Assembly (NCBI GenBank): GCA_050260395.1
Contig: JBLNCC010000083.1
Coordinates: 17,592-81,591 of the forward strand
Direction of reading: 5' to 3'
Source of the DNA: Betaproteobacteria bacterium
Lineage (GTDB): Bacteria > Bacillota > SHA-98 > UBA4971
Length of the DNA stretch: 64,000 nt
Shown here: positions 56,991 through 64,000 of the stretch, piece after piece
Layout: every line of letters starts with the position of its first letter
Numbering within the stretch: position 1 is the first letter of the stretch
Program-made: the position numbers and the translations under genes
Notes under the pieces: model-generated
The model's input: only the letters and a program-made list of their open reading frames with translations
Told to the model about the DNA's origin: nothing
Database searches by the model: none

Positions 56991-57953
56991 ATGCGGAAAA
57001 CGGCGCCCGCTTCCGCTCCCGCAAGGTCAACGCCTCCTCCTGCCGCGCCACGCGCGAGGCGGAGGCCCAATGAACCGGCCCGCGAGGAAGCCGGCAGGAG
57101 CCTGTGGTACTATGCCTGGCTGCGGCTGCGAAGAAACAAGTCCGCTATGTTCGGGCTGTCGCTCGTGCTTCTCGTGGTGTTTTGCGCCATCTTCGCGCCT
57201 TGGATAGCGCCTTACGACCCTATCGAACAGCTCATGTGGACGGAGGGGCCCCCAGCGCAGCTCTCCCCTCCGAGCTTGAAACACTGGTTCGGGACGGACC
57301 TGTACGGTCGGGACGTGTTCTCGCGGGTCGTATACGGCACACGCATATCCCTCCGACTCGCAGTGGCCGCGACCATCATATCCGTGGTCATCGGAACGAC
57401 CCTCGGGGCGCTCGCGGGCTATTACGGCGGGTTCGTGGATGACGTCGTGTCGTGGCTCATAAATGTCATCTTCGCCTTCCCGTTCCTGCTTTTCGTCATA
57501 ACAGTGGTCGCGTACCTGCCGCCCAGCGACACTCTGGTCTATACTGTGATAGGTGCGATTTCGTGGATACAGATAGGGAGGATCGTTAGAGGCCAGGTAA
57601 TGGCGATAAAGGAGACAGAGTTCGTGCAGGCCGCGATAGCTTCGGGAGCAAGCGACGCAAGGGTGATCTTCAGACACATACTCCCCAACGTGGTCGCTCC
57701 TGTGATAGTCTCAGCGACCCTGGGCATGGGCGGCATAGTGATGCTTGAGGCGGGGTTGACGTTCCTGGGATTCGGCACGCAACCGCCCACCCCGAGCTGG
57801 GGATACGAGATATCCCGCGGCCAAGAATACCTGCTCGCAGGCAAGTGGTGGTGGTCGGTGTTCCCAGGCATCGCCATATGCCTGACCGTGCTGGGATTCA
57901 ACCTCTTCGGCGACGGACTCCGCGACGCGCTGGACCCGAGACTCAAGCAGTGA
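56991..57953 (+). CDS. ABC peptide/nickel transporter permease (OppC/DppC type)
   Basis: HWFGTDLYGRDVF and EFVQAAIASGASDARVIFRHILPN present. ATG 56991 (AGGGGTG 9 nt upstream) preferred over GTG 56979. Confidence 0.88.
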   Translation: MRKTAPASAPARSTPPPAAPRARRRPNEPAREEAGRSLWYYAWLRLRRNKSAMFGLSLVLLVVFCAIFAPWIAPYDPIEQLMWTEGPPAQLSPPSLKHWFGTDLYGRDVFSRVVYGTRISLRLAVAATIISVVIGTTLGALAGYYGGFVDDVVSWLINVIFAFPFLLFVITVVAYLPPSDTLVYTVIGAISWIQIGRIVRGQVMAIKETEFVQAAIASGASDARVIFRHILPNVVAPVIVSATLGMGGIVMLEAGLTFLGFGTQPPTPSWGYEISRGQEYLLAGKWWWSVFPGIAICLTVLGFNLFGDGLRDALDPRLKQ

Positions 57954-57959
57954 GACTGC

Positions 57960-58586
57960 CTATTTCGCCCGAACGATATCCTTCACCTTCATGAGCCTGG
58001 TGAGGTTCCCGCGCTCCATCTCATCGAGCTTCATCGTGATGTAGCGCGCCGTCTCGCGGAGGTTCGGTATGAGGACGTACTCCAGCGCATTGACGCGACG
58101 CCTGGTTTTCTCGATCTCGTCGGCCAAAAGCTCTATGGACCTCTCGACCTCGGCGAGCTCGGCCAATTTGGGAAGCAACCCGGCAAGACCCGTCACAGCA
58201 TCGTCCAACGATGCGCTCGTGCCTGAGAACCCGTAAGGATGCGCGTTTCGCGCGTCCTCGCCCCGCCACGTGAACTCAGGCACCTTAACGTTCATGATGG
58301 TCGTGGCGGAAACATCGACGCCGCACGATATCTTCGGCACCATGAAGGCCTCCTCGAGCGCTTCCTGAGACATAGCGGCCCTTGCCTCAAGGAACGCGGG
58401 AAGGACCGAGCCAAGGCCGGCCTCAACGTGGCCGCGCAGCGCCTGCTCCTTCTTTATGAGATCGAGGAACTTCTTCATGAGCTCGTCGCGCTTGTCCTTC
58501 AGCAGCTTGTGCCCGCGCTCGGCCATGGCGAGGCGCTTCTTGAGCCTCAAAAGCTGCATCCGGGTGGGGCTCACCCTGACCTCCAT
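57960..58586 (-). CDS. atpD: V-type ATPase subunit D
   Basis: SPTRMQLLRLKKRLAMAERGHKLLKDKRDEL is the conserved subunit-D N-terminus. Start is ATG 58586, or GTG four codons later after GGAGG. Confidence 0.88.
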   Translation of the reverse strand: MEVRVSPTRMQLLRLKKRLAMAERGHKLLKDKRDELMKKFLDLIKKEQALRGHVEAGLGSVLPAFLEARAAMSQEALEEAFMVPKISCGVDVSATTIMNVKVPEFTWRGEDARNAHPYGFSGTSASLDDAVTGLAGLLPKLAELAEVERSIELLADEIEKTRRRVNALEYVLIPNLRETARYITMKLDEMERGNLTRLMKVKDIVRAK

Positions 58587-58729
58587 GACGTCGCCGCGTC
58601 GGCACGCGCGCCCGGCCTCCATCTGCCCGCGCGCGGTGTCCCGCGGCTCCCTCCTTCTCAGATCTTCACATCGCAAGCCCGGCCGCCCGGCTGGGCAAGC
58701 CAGCTGGGCGGGTCAGCCGGACCGGGGTT

Positions 58730-60112
58730 CTACGCGGTCCGAACTTTGGGCATGTATTTCTCGATGTACTCCTCGCGGACCCTCTTGAGTTCCCTCGTGG
58801 GAAGCATGGCCAGGAGCTCCCAGCCTATGCCGAGGGTCTGCTCTATCGAGCGGTTCTCCTCGGGTCCCTGTTTCACGTAACGTGTCTCGAATTCGTCGGC
58901 GAACTTCGAGAACTGCTTATCCACTTCGGTCAGCGCGGCCTCTCCGAGGATCACCGCGAGCTCCTTGGCTTCTTTCCCACGGGCGTACGCCGCATAGAGC
59001 TGGTTCATCGTGTCGGCGTGGTCCTCGCGCGTCTTGCCCTTCCCGATGCCCTTGTCCTTCAGTCGCGACAGGGAAGGCAGCACGTCGATAGGCGGGTATA
59101 TGCCTTTGCGGTGCAGCTCGCGCGAGAGGAATATCTGCCCCTCGGTGATATAACCAGTAAGGTCCACGATGGGATGGGTCTTGTCGTCCTCGGGCATGGT
59201 GAGGATGGGGATCTGCGTGATGGATCCCTTCCGCCCTTTTATCCTTCCTGCCCTCTCATAGATGGTGGCGAGGTCCGTGTAGAGGTAGCCCGGATACCCG
59301 CGCCGCCCGGGAACCTCCTTGCGCGCAGCCGACACTTCGCGCAGAGCCTCGCAGTAGTTGGTCATGTCAGTGAGGATGACCAGCACGTGCATGTCTCTCT
59401 CGTACGCCAAGTATTCCGCTGCCGTGAGGGCCATCCTCGGAGTCGATATGCGCTCGATGGCGGGGTCGTTGGCGAGGTTGAGGAAGAGGACCGCCCGCTC
59501 AATGGCGCCGGTGCGCCTGAAGTCTCTGATGAAGTAGTCCGCCTCCTCGAACGTGATGCCCATGGCCCCGAAGACCACAGAGAATTTCTCGTCGGTTCCG
59601 AGCACCCGCGCCTGCCTCGCTATTTGCGCCGCCAGGGTCGCGTGCGGAAGACCGGAAGCCGAGAAGATGGGCAGCTTTTGCCCGCGTACCAAGGTATTCA
59701 TGCCGTCGATGGCGGAAACGCCCGTCTGAATGAACTCCGACGGGTAGTCCCGGGCGTACGGGTTTATGGGGCTGCCGTTTATGTCCAGCTTTTTCTCGGG
59801 GATGACGGGCGGGCCACCGTCGCGCGGGCGCCCAAAACCGTCGAAAACGCGCCCGAGCATGTCGGGGGCCACCGCAAGCTCAATACCTCTCCCGAGAAAC
59901 CTGACCCTGGCCCGAGCAAGGTTGAGCCCGGCCGACCCCTCGAAAAGCTGCACCAGCGCCCTTGAGCCGGACGCCTCGAGCACCCTGCCCCTCCTGGTCT
60001 CGCCCGGAGCGATCTCTATTTCCACAAGCTCTCCGTATTTCACGTCCCGGACCTGCTCAACCATCATGAGTGGCCCGGCGACTTCGGAGACAGTCAGGTA
60101 CTCCTTAAGCAA
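58730..60112 (-). CDS. atpB: V-type ATPase subunit B
   Basis: Motifs: [49 protein letters not shown] 60112 has GGAGGTG 6 nt upstream. The longest ORF starts at GTG 60121. Confidence 0.93.
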   Translation of the reverse strand: MLKEYLTVSEVAGPLMMVEQVRDVKYGELVEIEIAPGETRRGRVLEASGSRALVQLFEGSAGLNLARARVRFLGRGIELAVAPDMLGRVFDGFGRPRDGGPPVIPEKKLDINGSPINPYARDYPSEFIQTGVSAIDGMNTLVRGQKLPIFSASGLPHATLAAQIARQARVLGTDEKFSVVFGAMGITFEEADYFIRDFRRTGAIERAVLFLNLANDPAIERISTPRMALTAAEYLAYERDMHVLVILTDMTNYCEALREVSAARKEVPGRRGYPGYLYTDLATIYERAGRIKGRKGSITQIPILTMPEDDKTHPIVDLTGYITEGQIFLSRELHRKGIYPPIDVLPSLSRLKDKGIGKGKTREDHADTMNQLYAAYARGKEAKELAVILGEAALTEVDKQFSKFADEFETRYVKQGPEENRSIEQTLGIGWELLAMLPTRELKRVREEYIEKYMPKVRTA

Positions 60113-61877
60113 CCTCTTCACCTCCAGCTTGGGTCAAGCCGGCGAACGCCTTCGCTATTTCCTCCCCGATCTTGTCCAGCCTCGCCACGTCGCTCTCCGG
60201 CACGTACTTCATCCTCGCGATCGCGTCCCTTACCGAAAGCTCGAGAACGACGTCCAGGTTGGCACCCCGCTCCACGGCGGCAAGCGCCGCGTGATGGAAG
60301 TCGAGGATGGCCTTGAGCATGAGGCGCTGTTTCTTGAGGGAGGTGTACGTGTCCACCTCATGGTACGCGTTTTGGTGCAGGAAGTCCTCGCGAAGGCTTT
60401 TCGCCGTCTCAAGGGTCAGCCTGTCTCGTACGGAGAGCGCGTCCACCCCCACCAGCCGGACTATCTCCTCGAGCTCCGCCTCTTCTTGCAGGATCTTCAT
60501 GGCCTCGGCGCGCAGCACCCCGAAATCTGGCGCCACGGTCTCAGTTATGTGCTCCTCGAGTCTCTCGAGATACAGCGAATAGCTGATTAGCCAGTTGATG
60601 GCCGGGAAATGTCGACGGGCCGCCAGAGAATCGTCCAGGCCCCAGAACACTTTCACTATCCTCAGGGTGGCCTGGGTCACCGGCTCTGAAAGGTCTCCGC
60701 CTGGAGGCGATACCGCGCCCACAACAGTGAGCGTGCCTTCCCGATCGCCGCTGCCGAGGCACCTCACGCGGCCCGCCCTCTCGTAAAACTCCGCGGCCCT
60801 CGAGCTCAGGTAAGCTGGATAGCCTTCCTCTCCCGGCATTTCCTCGAGCCTGCCGGATATCTCGCGCAAAGCCTCGGCCCAACGCGATGTGGAGTCGGCC
60901 ATCAGGGCCACGTTATAGCCCATGTCGCGGAAATACTCGGCAATTGTGATGCCGGTGTACACCGAAGCCTCTCTAGCGGCCACCGGCATGTCGGAGGTGT
61001 TCGCCACAAGCACCGTGCGCTTCATCAGCGGCTCGCCGGTGCGCGGGTCGGTGAGCTCGGGGAAGTCCATGAGCACTTCGGTCATCTCGTTCCCGCGCTC
61101 GCCGCATCCGATGTATACGATGATGTCGGCGTCCGCCCACCTCGCGAGTTGGTGCTGGACCACCGTCTTGCCGCTTCCGAAGGGACCGGGCACGCACGCG
61201 GTGCCACCCTTCGCCACCGGGAAGAACGTATCGATGATCCGCTGCCCGGTCACAAGCGGCTGGTACGGTGCAAGCTTTTCCCTATATGGGCGACCGCGCC
61301 GCACAGGCCATCTCGTAAGCATCGTGATGTCCTTGATGCCTGAGGCCGTCTTTATCCGTGCCACTACATCGAGCACGGTGAACTCGCCCGCGCGGATGTC
61401 CTCCACGGTCCCCTCGATGCCGTGGGGCACCATAATCCTGTGTTCCACCACGGGAGTCTCCTGGACAACGCCGAGCACATCCCCCGCGCTGACGCGGTCG
61501 CCGGACTTGACCCGTGGTTCGAAGGCCCACTTGCGTTCGCGGTCCAGGCCGGGGAGCTCGACGCCGCGCTCGATCCGGTCGCCGACCGCGGCCCGGATCT
61601 TGTCGAGAGGCCTCTGGATCCCATCGTAGATGGACTCGATGAGCCCCGGTCCGAGTTCCACGGAGAGCGCCTCGCCAGTCGAATACACCGGCTCCCCCGG
61701 TCCAAGCCCAGCGGTCTCTTCGTAGACCTGGATTGACGCCTTGTCGCCGCGCATCTCGATGATCTCGCCGATGAGCTTCTTTTCGCTCACCCGCACCACA
61801 TCGTACATCCTGGCATCGCTCATGCCCTCAGCTACAACGAGCGGCCCTGAGACTTTGATGATCCTTCCCACGTCCAT
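60105..61877 (-). CDS. atpA: V-type ATPase catalytic subunit A
   Basis: Walker [17 protein letters not shown] and [10 protein letters not shown] present, plus the non-homologous insert region typical of A subunits. ATG 61877. Confidence 0.95.
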   Translation of the reverse strand: MDVGRIIKVSGPLVVAEGMSDARMYDVVRVSEKKLIGEIIEMRGDKASIQVYEETAGLGPGEPVYSTGEALSVELGPGLIESIYDGIQRPLDKIRAAVGDRIERGVELPGLDRERKWAFEPRVKSGDRVSAGDVLGVVQETPVVEHRIMVPHGIEGTVEDIRAGEFTVLDVVARIKTASGIKDITMLTRWPVRRGRPYREKLAPYQPLVTGQRIIDTFFPVAKGGTACVPGPFGSGKTVVQHQLARWADADIIVYIGCGERGNEMTEVLMDFPELTDPRTGEPLMKRTVLVANTSDMPVAAREASVYTGITIAEYFRDMGYNVALMADSTSRWAEALREISGRLEEMPGEEGYPAYLSSRAAEFYERAGRVRCLGSGDREGTLTVVGAVSPPGGDLSEPVTQATLRIVKVFWGLDDSLAARRHFPAINWLISYSLYLERLEEHITETVAPDFGVLRAEAMKILQEEAELEEIVRLVGVDALSVRDRLTLETAKSLREDFLHQNAYHEVDTYTSLKKQRLMLKAILDFHHAALAAVERGANLDVVLELSVRDAIARMKYVPESDVARLDKIGEEIAKAFAGLTQAGGEEVA

Positions 61878-61885
61878 CGACGATC

Positions 61886-62218
61886 CTACCCTCTCTCTTG
61901 AAACAGGATGTCGGCTCCGACCGCCTTCTCGACGATCCTCTTCATTCTTTGCGAGGCAAGCCCGAGAGAGCCGCCTACGCCCGGGATGATGAGCACCGCG
62001 GGCAGCGGCGCGTCCTGGAACCCCTCGATGACGTCGGGCACGGCCTTCGCCACCTGCTCAGTCACGAAGATCACGGCGTACCCGCCCTTGCGCGCCTCTT
62101 GCAGAACGGAGGCGGCATCGTCCTCGTGCTTCACGACGAAGACATCCACCCCGAGGGCGCGAAATCCGAAGACCGACGCTTCCTCGCCGACGGCTGCGAA
62201 CTTATACATGAAGATCAC
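61886..62218 (-). CDS. atpF: V-type ATPase subunit F
   Basis: About 110 aa. [21 protein letters not shown]...[10 protein letters not shown] is the subunit-F pattern. Start is GTG 62218 or ATG 62209; both overlap the end of subunit C. Confidence 0.85.
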   Translation of the reverse strand: MIFMYKFAAVGEEASVFGFRALGVDVFVVKHEDDAASVLQEARKGGYAVIFVTEQVAKAVPDVIEGFQDAPLPAVLIIPGVGGSLGLASQRMKRIVEKAVGADILFQERG

Positions 62219-63221
62219 GCAGCCTTTCCTTCAGGTTCTCCCTGGGCACGCCCGAGAGCTTACCCACAAGGATGAGCCTTACCAGCTTGAGCTCGTGCAG
62301 CTTCGCGAAAACGTATCCGACAAGCGGCTCAGGCCCCAGAGGCATGTACCGCGCCCTTCGGATGCGCTCCCACATGATCTCCTCTGAAAGCGTTTCCAAC
62401 CCTGAAAGCGGCTTCCCTTCCGCAAGCGCGGTTGCGGCCTGCGCCGCCAACGCTTCGTAGCCGGTGCCAGTCACGCTTGCGCCCACAGCCTCGGGGGGTT
62501 GCTCATACGAAGCCAGAAGCCGCATGGGATTGAGTCGACCTCCTGGCACCATGGCTTCCGCCGCAAACGCCTTGTCCCTTCCCATCCTCCTGGACCTGAA
62601 ATACACGGATATGTTGAACAAGTCCACCTCTGTTTGGACGAGGTCCACGAGGTACTGTATGCCGATGGAGTTCGCCAAGGCCAGAAGGTAGCGGTACATC
62701 TCCCGATCCACGGCGATGTCGATGGTCTCGGGCACCGGGCGAAGATCGTGAGCCGCCTTCGCGACGCCGAGAGCCTCAGCCAAGTGCTGCGGGAGGTCGC
62801 GCGTCTCGCCGTCGACGGCACGCTCGATCACGGCCACGTCACAGGCACCGTGCCTTGCCACGGCCTTCTCCGGAGGGACCCGATGCAGCTTTGCCTTCAT
62901 CATCGCTTTGAGGTTGTGGAAATCCCACCTCGCGGTGATGAAATCCACCAACGCGGGTTCGGGGGTGGTTTCGCGGACCAGCTGAATGAGCCTCGCTTCC
63001 TCGCCCGCCGTGATCTCGTCGATCGCCAAGTGGGTCTTCTCGGAAGGCTGAACGCGAGCATAGCCCGCTTCGGCCAGAACTTTCAAAGCCGCCTCTAGGT
63101 CTGGGGCGTCGATCATTCGATCGATGCGACCCAGGTCGAGGAGCTTGGTCTCGAGCACCCGCACGCGCCCGGTAGCATACGCGAACTTAAATTCAAGCCC
63201 CAGCATCTCGCCATCCGTCAC
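62202..63221 (-). CDS. atpC: V-type ATPase subunit C (d-type)
   Basis: 339 aa helical protein. YATGRVRVLETKLL and the operon position between E and F support the call. Confidence 0.82.
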   Translation of the reverse strand: MTDGEMLGLEFKFAYATGRVRVLETKLLDLGRIDRMIDAPDLEAALKVLAEAGYARVQPSEKTHLAIDEITAGEEARLIQLVRETTPEPALVDFITARWDFHNLKAMMKAKLHRVPPEKAVARHGACDVAVIERAVDGETRDLPQHLAEALGVAKAAHDLRPVPETIDIAVDREMYRYLLALANSIGIQYLVDLVQTEVDLFNISVYFRSRRMGRDKAFAAEAMVPGGRLNPMRLLASYEQPPEAVGASVTGTGYEALAAQAATALAEGKPLSGLETLSEEIMWERIRRARYMPLGPEPLVGYVFAKLHELKLVRLILVGKLSGVPRENLKERLRDLHV

Positions 63222-63251
63222 CTCCCGGGATCCTCACTCAGGTGCCGAGCG

Positions 63252-63851
63252 TTACCCGAACAACACCTTGGCCACCTCGACCACAAGCGCCTCCCGCTGT
63301 CGCGCCAGGATGGCGTCGAATGTGGAGTTGATTTCCGTCCTCCCCGTCCGCAACACGAAGCCCCCATCGAATTCACCGGGAGCGCTGGACAGGCGGAGGC
63401 CGGCCTTGCGGCCCTGTCCTGACAACTCCGCGTTCACCTCGGCCACGACCTCGGGCCCGATCGTCTCCCTGTCGCGCGCGGACATGACGACCTCTTCCTC
63501 ACCGGTTTCCACGGCTTCAAGCATCGCGCCTTTCAAGTACGCCGCGTACCGGGCGGGCTCAAGCGAGGCCAGGCGTTTCCGGGCCATCTGAAAGGCCTCG
63601 TCCATGAGAGCCGCTTTCGTCGCCAGAAGCTGCTTGCGAGCATCCAGTTCCGCGAGGGTGAGAGTGCGCCGCCTTTCCTCGTCGGCCTTCTCCTTGCCGC
63701 GCGCAAGCACCTCGTTGCGCTTCCGCGCCGCCTCCGCCTTGGCCTCAGCGAGTATGGCCTGGGCCTCCGCTGTGGCGGCGTTCACGATCTCCTCAGCCCT
63801 GGCTTTCGCGTCTTGTAGGATCTTCTCCTGCATCTTCTCCAGAGCAGACAT
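63252..63851 (-). CDS. atpE: V-type ATPase subunit E
   Basis: N-terminal Ala/Glu/Lys coiled coil: ILQDAKARAEEIVNAATAEAQAILAEAKAEAARK. Globular C-terminus: GGFVLRTGRTEINSTFDAIL. AAGGAGTG lies 6 nt before the ATG. Confidence 0.85.
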   Translation of the reverse strand: MSALEKMQEKILQDAKARAEEIVNAATAEAQAILAEAKAEAARKRNEVLARGKEKADEERRRTLTLAELDARKQLLATKAALMDEAFQMARKRLASLEPARYAAYLKGAMLEAVETGEEEVVMSARDRETIGPEVVAEVNAELSGQGRKAGLRLSSAPGEFDGGFVLRTGRTEINSTFDAILARQREALVVEVAKVLFG

Positions 63852-64000
63852 TCACGCCACTCCTTTGAGAGGCAGGCCGAACATGATGAGAAGCAGCGAG
63901 GCGAGGAACGATAGCACCGCGTACGTCTCCACCATAGCTGCGAACGTAACAGGCTTGCCGAGCTCTTCGGGTCTCTTCGCCACAACTCCGACGCCGGCCG
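63852..64000 (-). CDS. atpK: V-type ATPase proteolipid subunit K (3' part only, truncated by window edge)
   Basis: My hand translation of the minus strand ends ...AGVGVVAKRPEELGKPVTFAAMVETYAVLSFLASLLLIMFGLPLKGVA-stop. This includes the proton/sodium-binding Glu helix. The stop TGA abuts the subunit E start. Confidence 0.75.
   Translation of the reverse strand, partial: AGVGVVAKRPEELGKPVTFAAMVETYAVLSFLASLLLIMFGLPLKGVA

Overview
This is a visibly GC-rich, densely coding bacterial chromosomal window with about 55 CDS and 4 tRNAs. I found no rRNA, CRISPR array, transposase or integrase.

**Backbone.** The minus strand reproduces the Bacillus-type neighbourhood ctsR-mcsA-mcsB-clpC ... radA-disA ... 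carD-yacL-ispD/F ... cysS-mrnC-rlmB ... sigH. It then runs into a Thr(UGU) / Tyr-Gly(UCC)-Thr(GGU) tRNA cluster. From synteny alone, the source is probably a high-GC member of the Bacillota.

**Lineage-specific blocks inserted into that backbone:**
- ECF sigma / anti-sigma / Yip1-S26-like membrane protein / DUF1893 / lipoate ligase, lying between clpC and radA.
- CBS protein, murA and an RlpA-like protein.
- thyX.
- A VanW protein.

**Middle of the window.** A long minus-strand gene string reads radical-SAM, flippase-like membrane protein, MFS, c-di-AMP receptor DarA, CHASE2 adenylate cyclase, FecR-domain protein, Crp/Fnr regulator, hyper-acidic secreted protein, and Ogt.

**Right half.** It carries a complete peptide/nickel-type ABC operon, rho, pyrG, argS, an M16 peptidase, a second ABC locus without ATPases, and a V-type ATPase operon (K-E-C-F-A-B-D, with K truncated by the window end).

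**Most unusual observations:**
1. The substrate-binding protein of the first ABC operon is a circular permutant of the canonical family-5 SBP encoded 15 kb away.
2. A conserved intergenic element (44 of 49 nt identical in its core) occurs once inside the ctsR-mcsA spacer and once upstream of the second SBP gene. Weaker copies may exist elsewhere.
3. A 1.3 kb ORF-poor, hairpin-rich segment plus an opposite-strand gene splits what looks like the ancient thrU-tyrU-glyT-thrT tRNA operon.
4. A cAMP module has a perfect TGTGA-N6-TCACA box and two D/G/N-rich proteins.
5. A Yip1 membrane domain is fused to a signal-peptidase-like domain that lacks the catalytic lysine.

All calls were made by eye from the sequence and the ORF track. 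Start codons are inferred from RBS and spacing and are the least certain part.
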